A DNA stretch of 54,565 nucleotides, the filler included, from Jimgerdemannia flammicorona (taxonomy: Eukaryota), in assembly GCA_003990765.1 (NCBI GenBank). It is 2 parts of 2 records of this genome, joined end to end, with 100 filler letters (N's around TTAATTAATTAA, not from the genome) between each part and the next. Parts side by side here need not be neighbours in the genome. Positions count along the whole stretch, not along the records: positions 27,334 to 54,565 come from RBNJ01000649.1; 1 more part is not named here. The stretch is one strand, 5' to 3'. This document shows positions 36,501 to 47,908 of this stretch, in pieces; positions within the stretch are counted from its first letter, which is position 1, and each line of letters starts with the position of its first letter. The notes beneath the pieces are model-generated. The model saw nothing but the letters and a program-made list of their open reading frames with translations. It searched no databases and was not told where the DNA came from. The translations under genes were made by a program, and so were the position numbers.

Positions 36501-39500
36501 AAGTCCAGTTGATGATGGTGATTGTCCAGGGTTCAAGGTGGTTGGGTATCTTCCGCTGCCCAAGATAGCTGATTAATCCATAGTATAGCTCCTTATTCAT
36601 ATTGAGTAGTCTTGATGGGAGTGTTTCAGGGTATCCTTGAGAGTGCATCAGCATTGGTGTTGGTCTTTCCTGAGTGGTGCTTGACAGTACAGTCATACTC
36701 TTGTAGCCTGTAAATCTATCTGGTATATATTTCTTTGGGGTTAGAGTGTGGAATAGCCAGGTAAGAGCAGAATGGTCCGTTTGAATGGTGAAGTGTTTTC
36801 TGGCTAGGTAGTAGTGGAACTTGTCTACTGCCCAAACTACTGCTAAGCATTCAAGCTTGCATGACTCATAGTTCTGTTCCACTCTGTAGGTACCTCAGCT
36901 TGCATAGGAGATGACATATTCATATCCATCTTTCTTCTGAGCTAGGACTGCTCCAAGTCCTATAGCACTTGCGTCTGTCTGCAGAATGAATTCTAGGTTC
37001 CAGTCTGGTCTTCTGAGGATGAGTACTTGGGTCAACCTGGTCTTGAGTTCATTGAAGGTTTCTTAGCACTTCTTGGTCCATTTGAATTTGGTCTCCTTCT
37101 TCAGTAGCTTGTAGATAGGTACTGCAATGTTAGAGTATCCTTTGATGAATCTTCTGTAGTAGCTGGACAGTCCAAGGAAGTCATGGACTTCTATAGTTGT
37201 TCTGGGTCTTGGGTAGGCTGCAACAGCCTCGATCTTCATGGAGTCTGTGTGAATTCCAGTCTGGTTGATGAGGTGTCCTAGGTAGGTGATTTCTTGAGCT
37301 GCAAACTTACATTTCTTGGGCTTGATGTACAGGCCATGCTCTTTGAGCCTCTTGAGGGCTAGCTGTATGTGATTGATATATTCTCATATAGTATTGCTGA
37401 AGATGATCACATCATCAATATAGACAAAGAGCCATTTTCCAATCTCATTGCTGAAGACTCTGTTCATCATTTGCTGAAAACTTGCTGGGGCATTGCACAT
37501 TCCAAATGGCATTCACAGATAGATATAGGTGGCATCAGGTGTGATGAAGGCTGATTTCTCACTGGTATCTTGAGTGAGACCGATCTGATGGAAGCCTGAG
37601 AACAGATCCAAGGTGGTGTAGTATTTGGCTTCACTTCTAAGAGTGGTAAGGATTTTTTGAATATTTGGCAAGGGCTGCCTATCCTTCTTGGTGATGGCAT
37701 TGAGTTTCCTGTAGTCAATGCAGAGTCTTGGTGCAAACTCTCCAGGCTTGCTTCCTTTCTTTTGGGCAAGGACAATGGGTGAGGCCCAGGGGCTGATAGC
37801 TTGCTTGATGATTCCAGCTTCTTCCATTTCCTTGAGTTCAGCTTGCAGCCACTCTCTATAGGCAGGTGGTATGGGTCTGGCTTTCTGATAGATAGGCTTG
37901 GTATCACCAGTATCAACTTCATGGTAGTACTTGGGTTCTTGATTGTGGATATCCCTAAAGTCTGTAGCAAGTACTCCTTTGTTCTGGTACAGAATCTTGA
38001 GAAGTTGTTCCTCTAGGGGAAAGTTTTCTCCAATGGTATATGTGTGCTTGTTCTGGTCCTTATCTTTCTTGTGCTCAAGTTCAGTAATCTTAGTAGCAGC
38101 ATAGGCTCCTCTTTCAGTAGATCCAAAGCCTTGTTCTCCTCTCTTGGTCTTAATAAGTTCAGTGGCTTCTATGATCTTGGGCTTCTTGATTTCGTGGATC
38201 AGCATCTGGCCAATCCTGTCATACTTCTTGACTTCGAAGGGGGTGGTGTGGTTGTGATTTCTGACTATAAGAAAAATCTTGCCAGTATAATCAGAGTCAA
38301 TTACTCCTCCTTCAACTGAGATTTCGCTTTGGCCAGACTACTCCTGGTCTTGATAATTCCAGTATGGTTTTCTGGCAACTTGACTCTAATTCCAGTGCCA
38401 AGTAGGGTGGTGGTCTGTGGTTCGAGGGTAGCATCTTGGATACTGGCAAGGTCCATTCCTATGGCTCCTTTAGTCTTGTATTCTGGGATCTTGGCTTCAG
38501 GGTGAAACTTCTTGACCTTGAGAGTGATGTCTGATTCTTATTTCTCCTCATCATCACTGTCAGCTTGAAGCTCTGGGGGCTGGTCATCTTCTTCAGTTTT
38601 CCTTTTTGCTTCAGCAGCTTCTTGCTCATGTTTCTGTTGATGGATTTTCCTGACTTCACTGATACAGGACCAGCAGTCATTCAGGTGTTCGGAGCAGTAC
38701 ATTCTAGTACCATGGGGGCATCTTCCTTGAGGGACATACCCATTGATGATCTTGTTATACCACTGCTTATCTGTGAGGGTATCTTGTTCTTGTTCTTGTT
38801 CATCAAGTGCATGAAGACCTCTGTGTCTTCTTTATCTCCTTCCTCCATATCTAGCAGGACTCCTTTGTGGACATTGATAGAAACTCATACCTTTCTTTCT
38901 CTGTAGTTGATCTGCATCTTCTGGGCATTGAGGTCAATGATGGCCTTGGCCTTGTGAAGCCATTGGTTGCCAATGAGGATGTCATAGTTGGTGGCACTTA
39001 TAACAATCATGTCTACTGGGATGGTAGCTCCTCCTATCTTGATGGGGACTTCTCGGATTTTGCCAAGGGGGGTAGCTCATATACCATCTGCTGTGATATA
39101 GACCATCTTGGTGGACTCTTCAATGTCCCAACCTAGGCGGTCAATTGCCTTCTTGCTCATGAGGCATCCTCCAGCACCAGTATCAATGATGGCATCAAAG
39201 ATACAGTCTTCAATCTGGCAGGGAGTATAGGCTGATGTCTTGCACTGGTCTTCAGATTCTTCACCTGAGTTCTCAGATTCTTCTTGTGTATTGTGAGCTT
39301 CTATGATCTTGTACTCTTGATTCTTGGCAGTAGTTGTAAGTCCTACTCTTAACTGCTGTCTGAAGGCAGGGACTTCAGCTAGCTGCTCAAAAGTGGCATT
39401 GACCTTCTGTTCCTTGAGGTCCTTGTAGATGTCATACTGGTGGATCTTGGTCTTGTGCAGCTTCTGTTCCTTCTTGCTCTCACTTTCTCCTAAGACTGGA

Positions 39501-40110
39501 GTAGTGCCTTCGATAATTTGGTGGGCAGCTTCATCTAACTCCATGTCTTGATCAATCTCCTCAGGTTGGGTCTTGCTTTGAATAGTGACAGCTGGAGTCT
39601 TCTTTGGTCTTCCAACTGGCTTGCTGTTGCTCCTCTTGTCATAGGGCTTGGACTGGGTTCTGGTATCTTCAGTAGCAGGGTAGAATTCGAGCTTCTTGTA
39701 GTATTCTTCATCATCAGTGTCACCGATCTCCTCAATGACTACTGCATTAGTTTGTTCTCTGGTTCTACTAGCATTGCTTGGTTGGGCTTTGCATCTCATT
39801 TTGGTCATGCAACTCTTTGCATAGTGGCCTTCTTCTCCACATCTGAAGCATATAATATTTCATTCTTCTGTAGCAGCTGCAAATCTCTGCACTGGTCTCC
39901 TGTTAGTGCTTTAGACTTCTCTAACAACATCACTGAGGTGTGCAGTCATCTCGGCGAACTGCTTGGCAAGTTCTTCCACTGGGTCAGCTTTGGCTGTCTT
40001 GGGGGTAGGTGGGGTTGGTTGTCTGTTTACGACTGTGGCAGGTAAGATACTAGTTAGCTTTGATGGCTCCATCTTGATGCCAGTTATTTTCTCCATTGAG
40101 TGTTTGGCAG
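33541..40110 (-). mobile_element. Ty3/Gypsy element 'A2' (sister family of A1): partial gag-PR-dUTPase-RT-RH-INT, ORF3, 3' LTR (~33541-34113); 5' end cut off at 40110
   Basis: Knuckle CFRCGEEGHYAKSC (~39805-39850); AIIDTGAGG; dUTPase GGVIDSDYTG...RGEQGFGST (~38110-38470); RT PRLCIDYRKLN, YIDD; integrase HIKTTAYHPQGNGQTERTN, KWEGPF. Confidence 0.93.
34018..34782 (-). CDS. ORF3 accessory protein of A2 (254 aa, intact, unknown function, acidic C-terminus)
   Basis: Uninterrupted ORF downstream of integrase on the element's sense strand; core WQEYEIGNLL...ETRIAKKIYQIFRYAPWSILNL is shared with the other copies. Confidence 0.75.
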   Translation of the reverse strand: MFQDIRRAIRTCSRRTPSVNLDTADPYHFILYHCEMETRITIATECLQIWQEYEIGNLLCQEFPQASTQELQDATLMDIHETRIAKKIYQIFRYAPWSILNLEYVRVSDFRVLSIYCINALEARVATEAQSTITLNSEEVEDFWHPILQDNPDQFLQGLISVFQGLSIQIRSPQDPTFVPYFVEENLIDWRAPDLVPDFPTTAECDDIIDDVILHDIPEAREVCETCNLYAEFVDLISFSDDDDEASMILNFLL

Positions 40111-42135
40111 TGTAAGTGCACAACCTCCAAGCCACTGAAATTACACATCACCCTCTGAACAAGCTACCGAAATTACACGCGACCTCTGAACAAATCTGGA
40201 AATCACCTGCTTGATCATAAAGCTGAGTCAAACCGAAGTCATAGTACACAAAGCTGAGTCAATACGAAGTTATGGAACACAAGATTTATACAAACAGAAT
40301 CTTACCAATCAGGACTAAATACATATATACTGAGCACCAAGACACGTCGAATCAGAGAACCAAAACAAACAACAACTACAACTCCCAAACACACAAACAT
40401 GACCACTGAGATCTACAACTGTATCCACGCTAACATTTGGAATGCCATTGTCAACTGAGCCACACCCCCTCTGCCCCTCATGAATATCCATAGCCTGGCA
40501 CCCCTCTACTTCATGGAAGCCCGATGGAATGCCCTGAACATACTTAGTGAGACCCACCGAATCGGACAAATCTCAAGCTACTATCAGATTGGCTGCCTCC
40601 TGAAAGACATGATCAAACACCACCATGATACAGATATTACCCAAATGTCTCAACACTAGAAGCTCATCGCCCGCAAACATCGAGAACTCTTCTATGAGTA
40701 CAACACCTTTATTCTCCACCTCCAAGTCACTACCAGTGAAATGGTTGCTACCCTGTCCTATGGCCAAATCGATGACATGATACAAGAACTCAACCACAAG
40801 TACCTTGAATACATGCAGAATAGACAGAACCTTCCCGCACCCTGATGACCATATCCTGCAAATGCCTCAAGTCGGATACGCCATGAAGGATGTCTATGAT
40901 ATAATCCACTTCGATGAAGATGAAGCAGAAGACAATGATCCCTCTGATGCCGACATGACCTCTAGCCAAGGATCTCTGCCAACCCTGATCACACCGCCAA
41001 ACTTGCCGATGAACTTGCAACAGTTCATAACTATATACGAGACTTATTGGGACAATGACCACTGGCATGAATACCAACCTATGTTCACTCCCAACTACTT
41101 CAACTATAATGAAGAGACCAGAGAACACAACCTGTACCTCCAGACAACCCTCGAGATTGAACCAACCACTCCACCACCTGAGTACGAGCGACATGAACCA
41201 CAGCCGCCAGCTTACTACAATCCTGCAACCCATAGTGCTGTAACCTATAGAAGGTATGCAGACAGTGAATCTGACGAAAGCGAAGACAATACACCCATCC
41301 TTCACCCACCAACACCCTATCCAGCCTATGAGACAGACGATGCTATCCTGTGGGATAGAGACGAAGTCCCAATGTATTACTACCTCAGCAAACAAGGAGA
41401 AGTAATCCGCGAACCATTATTCCTAGACAACTACTTCATCAGAGATAATGCAATTGATGGTGATGTCATCGAAGACTACCCAGATAGTGTCTAAACCATA
41501 AATAGCCTAGCAGTCATAGTATAGTTAGATTAGCTTTGTATGACATGACTGTGAACTGACTCAGCAGTCAGATGATCTCTTGACATGTCAGATCACACTT
41601 GTACTACATGACTGCATTCCGACTCAGCAAGGCACTTAGTGCTACATCCATATTCAGCATAGTCCAGATAGCCCCTCACTAGTATAAATACCCCCTCCCC
41701 CAGACCTCAGAATCTCAGACTTGAACAATCCGAACACAACTCCTGAGCACTTCCCCACAATACCCCTTCACACAAATACTCCTAGTATAGCAATATAATG
41801 AATAGCAAATAAACCTATTCCATAACCCATAAACCACTCTTAAGTAAATCCGCTCTCTGTTAGGTCCCACTCCTAACCCTGTCACGAAATTTCCTAATTG
41901 GGTATTGTCTGCAGCGATACACCAATTCAACTAAGCTGGTCTTAGTTTCTTGAACTTCCTGAAATATGGAAAATCCTGGACATCCCGAACTAGTCCAAAA
42001 AGGACTTTGGTTGAGACGTCAACCCGATCTCGAAATCAATAAGCATAGAGGACGTACTCCATATGAAATTGATCTTGACCATAAAGAAAATGGTCTTTCA
42101 GAACATCCAGAATATCCAGAAAATCTTTCCAGAAC
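40111..42135 (+). mobile_element. Third LTR-element fragment 'C': TG start, short tandem duplications, ORF3 homolog, TATA and polyA signals
   Basis: Begins TGTAAG where A2 gag stops; duplicated ~30-bp motifs at 40135-40285; AGTATAAATACCCC (~41681); AATAAA (~41808); possible LTR end at ~41886. Unrelated to the 46437-46900 LTR. Confidence 0.6.
40399..41494 (+). pseudogene. ORF3 homolog of element C (stops at 40456 and 40657; probable frameshift near 40840 into the acidic, Pro-rich 40805-41494 ORF)
   Basis: MTTEIYNCIHANIWNAIVN*...GQISSYYQIGCLLKDMIK...QMSQH*KLIARKHRELFYEYNTFILHLQVTTSEMVATLS. Confidence 0.7.
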
Positions 42136-42139
42136 TACA

Positions 42140-45100
42140 TAATGGTCACCCTAAAAAGTAACCCTCTTACACTGAAGAAATCTGGAGCCTATTTCTTCTG
42201 TTACCAAACAGGACACATTGCAACCAAATGTCCTAGGAAGACTAGCAAACCCTCAAGACCAGTCACTGTATTGTCCAAGAATATACCTGTCAATCCCACT
42301 ATCAGTCAACTTGAGCTCAAGGTCAAGAAGCTTCATCTGAAGGCCTAGGTACCTCAATATTAAACAGAAGAAGCCATTGGTCTTGATCTACACTCAGTCA
42401 AACAAGTCACTATTCTAGCTAAGGGCTGTACTCTAGTGCCTACTGAAATTGCAGTTCAATGCCCTGAAGGATATTATGCTAGAATTGCATCACAATCAGG
42501 ACTCAGTGTCAAATATCATTTGGATATAAGTGCTAGTATCATTGACCTAGACTTTTGAGGACAAGTTCAAGTCTTACTTGTTAACCAGAAGGTTCAAGGC
42601 TATACAGTTAAAGAAGGAGACCAGGTCACACAAATGATCCTGGAAAAAGCCAGTCAACTCAAGATTACAGATATCCAAGAACTCTCTGAAACCAAATGAG
42701 ATCAAAAGGGTTTTGGCAGCACTGATCAAGCAGCAAGTCTTAGTGAAAATCAAGCTCAAGCTGTGCTCATTTTCAAAGACCAAGTCAAAGAAAGAGAAGT
42801 TCAAGTACTCATAGACAGCAGAGCTGTAGGGAACTTCATCAATCAGAATCTCATCAAAAGCCTCAAGATCCTCACCAGGCCTACCTCCAAGAACAATAGT
42901 ATAGTCACTGCAGATGGTACTCTGCACCCCATCAAGTTAATTGCCACCAAACTATCCATCAAGATCCAGAAATATTGGAAACAAGTAGACTTCAAGGTTG
43001 CACTACTAGGAGATCATAACCTAATCTTAGGAAAACTCTGACTTATGAAACACAACTCAGACATTGATTGGTATAAGAATAAAGTCACTCTACTTCAAGA
43101 TGGAGTCAATATTATAATCAAGACAGATAAGACCATAAGCAAGACCCAGATTGCAACACTGTCAGCTATATAGTATAAGAAAGTACTCAAGAAGACAATG
43201 CATATCTTTGTTGTAATGATCTGCCTCAAGAAATAAGACAAGAGACTACCAGTCAATGAAAGCATCAAGCTACTGCTAGAAGAGTTCAAGGATATCTTTC
43301 CAGACAAGCTACCTGATCTACCACTTGTATGAGAAGTTGATCATAAAATCGAACTGACCCCAGAAGCTGTACTACCTAAGAAATACATATACCACATGTC
43401 ACCACTCAAAATTGAAGCAGTCAAGAAGGAACTAGAAGAACTACTTGCATGAAGAGCCATCTAGCCAAGCAAATCTCCTTATGGCTCACTAGTCTTATTC
43501 ATCAAAAAGAAGGATGATACTCTGCGAATATGCATAGACTATTGTGCACTCAACAAACTCACTGTTAAGAACCACTATTCGCTATCCTTGATTGATCAAA
43601 TCTTTGATACTCTTAAGAATACTAAGTACTTCACCAAGTTAGACCTCATGTCAGGATACCACCAGATCTGAATCAAGCCAGAAGACATTCTTAAGACTGC
43701 AATTCATGACTCTCTTTGGACTCTACAAATTCCTGATCTTAGCATTTGGTCTCACCAATATACCTACCATATTCCAGACCCTGATGAACAAGATATTCAA
43801 GGACCAACTATTTATTTTCCTATTGGTATATCTTAATGACATCCTGATCTTTAGTGCAACTAAAGAAGAATATCTCAAATACATTCAAATAGTTCTGGAG
43901 ATTCTGCAAAAACACAAGTTTTACACTAAGCTCAAGAAGTGTAAATTCTTCAAGGAACAAGTTGAATACCTTGGTCACATTGTCTCTGCACAAGGAATTC
44001 AAGTAGACCTACACAAGATAGAAGTAATAGAAGAATGGTTCATTCTGTCAAACCTTATAGAACTCTGATCCTTCCTTGGTCTAGCTAGCTATTACTGCCA
44101 CTTTGTCAGAAACTTCTCTAGCATTACTGAGCTACTGACTAACCTCATAAGAAAGGCCCTGCACTCAGACCACTATGTACCCTATACCTGAGACCTCTTC
44201 TGTTAACAAGCCTTTCAAGAACTCAAGAACTACCTGACCTATACTCCAGTCCTGCATAATACAAATCAAGGCCTAAAATTCATGATCACCACTAATACAT
44301 CAAATTTTGCCATTGGAGCAGTCCTATTACAAGATGATGGCAAAGGACATTGCTCTATTGCTTTTGAGTCCCACAAGCTGGCCCCAGCTGAACAAAAGCT
44401 AGCTACTTACAAGAAGGAACTATTAGTAATAATACATATACTAGACCACTGGTGATACTATCTAGAAGGTATTGAGTTTGATGTTATTACTGATTATCAA
44501 TCCCTCAAGTACATCAACACCCAACCTACTCTGTTATGTCTATAAGCTAAGTGGAGCCTCAAGCTTCAAACCTTCAATCTGACAATCATCTATAAGCCTG
44601 GCAAGACACTTGTAGTATCAGATGCCTTATCAAGATATCCAGACCTTGTTACAATTATGCAAGTTATCTTAGCATCAGAATTCCTAGACCAAATCAGGCA
44701 AGCTTACAAAGAATATATAGTTGCCACTAGAGTTTTCTCAAATGAACTCAAGGATACATATACTGTCAAGAATAACCTGATCTATCATCAAGACCAAGTC
44801 TACCTATCTGAAAACATGAATCTATGCTACAAGGTTTTGCAAGAACATCATGACTCCCCTTACCAGTTACCTGGGAATTGAGAAGACTGTCAAGAACATC
44901 CAATGCCACTACTATTGGTCAAGCATGGTCAAGGAAATCAAGAACTACATTACCAGCTGTGATCTATGTTAGTGCAACAAGTCTATCAATCAAGCACCTA
45001 CCAGTTTGCTATAACCACTGCTAATTTCTATCAAGAAGTTCAAACAAGTCACCATGGACTTTGTAACTCAACTATCATAAACTCAATCTGGTGCTAATGC

Positions 45101-46900
45101 TATCATTGTATTCATTGACTACCTGATCAAGACTATAGTTACTAAACCAACTACTACCAATGCTATTGCACCCAAGATTGCAAGAATCTTCTTCAAGTCC
45201 ATTTTTTGTCACTATGGTCTACTATGAGTAATTGTCAGTGATTGTGACCCTAAGTTTATCAGTCACTTCTGGCAAACCCTCTTCAAGACTCTGGAAACCC
45301 AATTGGCTATGTTTACTATCTTTTACCCACAAACTGATGGACAAACCAAGCACATGAACAGAACTCTAGAACAAATGCTTAGAAACTATATTTCTTATAA
45401 GTATGATAATTGGGACATCTACCTGACTTATGTAGAGTTTGTATACAATAACATCATCCAATCATCTACTGGTCTTTCCCCTTTCTGGTTACTTCATAGT
45501 TAAGATCTCAAGACCCCTACAAGTCTATTCTCTTTTAAGAAAACCAGTCAAATATAAGTCCCAACTGCTAAGAACCTTATAGATAAAATGGACAAACTAC
45601 TCAAGATTGCTACTATGAATCTTCAGAAGGCTCAACAGCATCAAGCCAAGTATACTGATAAGAAACACTGTGATGTCACTTACACTGTTAAAGATCAAGT
45701 CCTACTGTCTACTAAGAACCTCAAGATATAATCTCAAGTCAACTGCCCTTTAAACAAGTTCCAACCTAAGTATATTGGACCTTTTGAGATCACTGAACAA
45801 GTCTCTACATCCTCCTACCATCTCAAGCTACCTGAAACCATAAGAGTACACCCAGTCTTTCATATGTCATATCTCAAGATCTGGAACCAGTCACTACCCT
45901 ACTCTGGTCGAATTTCTAAGCTTTCTATCCCTGTGATCATCAAAGACTATATTAAGTATAAAGCAAAGCTAAGAAAATTCTTGATAAACGAATCTGCTAC
46001 TGCCATCCTGAATACCTAGTTAAGTAGATAGATTATCCTGAATATAATGCTACCTGGGAACTACTGATCAACCTCAAGAACTCTCAAGATCTAGTTTAAG
46101 ACTTCGAGGCAAAATACATTGCTCAATCTCTGTAGTGACTTCCTTAGATTGTCAATGACCTATGGCAATGACCAGTGCCTTATATATCAGAAGTTTACTT
46201 TGGGACCCCAGAACCAGCAGAACATTTAATGAACAGGAAGTCCACCAAAATGAAGCTACTAGCTGGGTTTGAAACCCTCCCAGTTAGTTAGTCTGATAAT
46301 AGGCCCTCTGCTCTATATAAGGATGGCCAATCTCTGCCAATGCACTAATTCAAGTTTGAGAAATTTTGGTTAAGTATATCTAGTCTTGTGTTACCTAAGA
46401 ACTCAATGAGCATGTTGGTTCTTAAGAAGGGAGAGATGTAACAATTTCACAGTCATATTTAGTCTTAGTATATTTTCACATCTTTTAGTTAGTCTTTTCT
46501 CATCATTTCTTGAACATTCTACTATGTTCCATCACCTTTTACTTGCTTAGAAACCTTCTCTTGGCACTCAGACACTACTAAAACATTCTTGTCTTTCCTT
46601 GATACCAAGCATCTTGTCTTAGCTAGTTATAGAATCTTTTGGAATATTGTAGAATAGTATTAGTCAGCTTTGCTGAGAATCTATTTCTTGGCATTTCTCT
46701 TTCTTTCTAAGATTCTTCTGAATCTTTCTTTCAGATTATATATAAATATCCTTATTCTCTGCCTGAATAAAGCTCAGAATATTTTCTCCCAGAATTTCTT
46801 TGAGAACACTTGAACCTTTAAGTATCTCTTCAAGCTACTTTAGGCCAACCAGAACTTCTAGATTTAGCTGCTTTCTCTTAAAGAAACTAGAACTGTTATA
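42140..46900 (+). mobile_element. Ty3/Gypsy chromovirus relic: gag knuckle-dUTPase-PR-RT-RH-INT-chromodomain, PPT, 3' LTR
   Basis: YFFCYQTGHIATKCP; dUTPase ~42320-42725 (AIGLDL, SQSGL, IIDLDF*G, KGFGST); protease VLIDSRA; RT CIDYCALN, LDLMSGYHQI, VYLNDILIF; integrase YPQTDGQT; chromodomain-like EYLVK*IDYPEYNATWE (~46010-46060). Confidence 0.9.
46437..46900 (+). repeat. 3' LTR of the chromovirus (464 bp); PPT AAGAAGGGAGAGA at 46424-46436
   Basis: TGTAACA...TGTTATA termini directly after the PPT; TATA-like tatataaata and AATAAA inside. Confidence 0.85.
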
Positions 46901-47840
46901 GCCAGAGAGACTACCACTGGAGAAGCTAGATCAAAGGTGAGTGTCTGAGCAGGGGAGAAGAAAGTAATATCAAAGGGGACTCTAGGAGGGGGGGAAGGTG
47001 TAGGGCTGAGTATTATTGTGGAGGATGCTAAGATGGCAGAGAGGGAGTGCCTTCAGGATGAAGTGCCAGATAAGGCTAGAGATGGTGATGAATGGTCATA
47101 CCCCTTTCTCCACTATCTTACCAGTTATATTGATTTAGTAGGTGACCTTCTGAGTTCTCTTTCCACAACTATTACTCTCTCTACCTCAGGTTGGTTTGCT
47201 GTACCTATTACAGGATAGTGGGGGGGAAGGTAATGGTGATGAGTTGCCCTTTTATTGGTATCTGATTAGTGTTTTCTCCACTTTTTCATAGATTCTGGTA
47301 CCTTTGGCTGTATCTGGAGTACATCTGTTTTGGTGCAGCATCTTCTTTCTTTTGCTATCACCAACAAGATATTGTCTCAGTATATTACAAGTTATATAGG
47401 AAGTTGGCTGACCTTGGGCATCAAGTGCCCAGTATAGGTTACCTGCAGGTTCTTGGTGTCTATAGTGGAGCCCTCTGGCTTTGGTAAGCTTCTTAGTGAG
47501 CATAGTTCTGGTATAGGTGACTGTTTTTTGGGTGTTGTCAGGATGGAAGGGGAGATGGCCATCACAGATAAGAGGAAGAGTGATTATGGTAAACCAGTAG
47601 AGTGTCAGGCTGGGGGTAGTTATCAGGACTGAGGCAGGTACTGCTTCAGTGGGGCCTTTTGATTAATGCAGAGCAGTTAGGTGGTAGGTATTATTCTTAA
47701 CTTCTTTTGGCAATTTGGCAGGTTGGGTCCTAGTTATTAGAGGAGGTTGGGGGGCCTAAGGCTACCCATTTCAGACATCTTGGCTGTACTTAACTGGAAC
47801 TGAGAGCTGATACAGTAATATGATTGAGGCCTACAGGCTT
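46901..47840 (+). mobile_element. Older LINE 3' fragment (ORF2 end plus part of the 3' UTR)
   Basis: Colinear with ~53260-54192 but with many C>T/G>A changes; stops at ...acaggctt (47840). Confidence 0.85.
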
Positions 47841-47908
47841 CACAATTTATGTTATACACACTTTACAACACACTTTCGAGTCGTTTATTGGAGAAAGTTA
47901 TTAAGGAA

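Noticed and set aside
40790..41395. 201-aa hydrophobic minus-strand ORF
   Set aside because: Antisense shadow of the plus-strand ORF3 homolog.
40111..46900. A single intact LTR element spanning 40111-46900
   Set aside because: The left segment does not resemble the 46437-46900 LTR and most of gag is missing; it is a composite of two elements.
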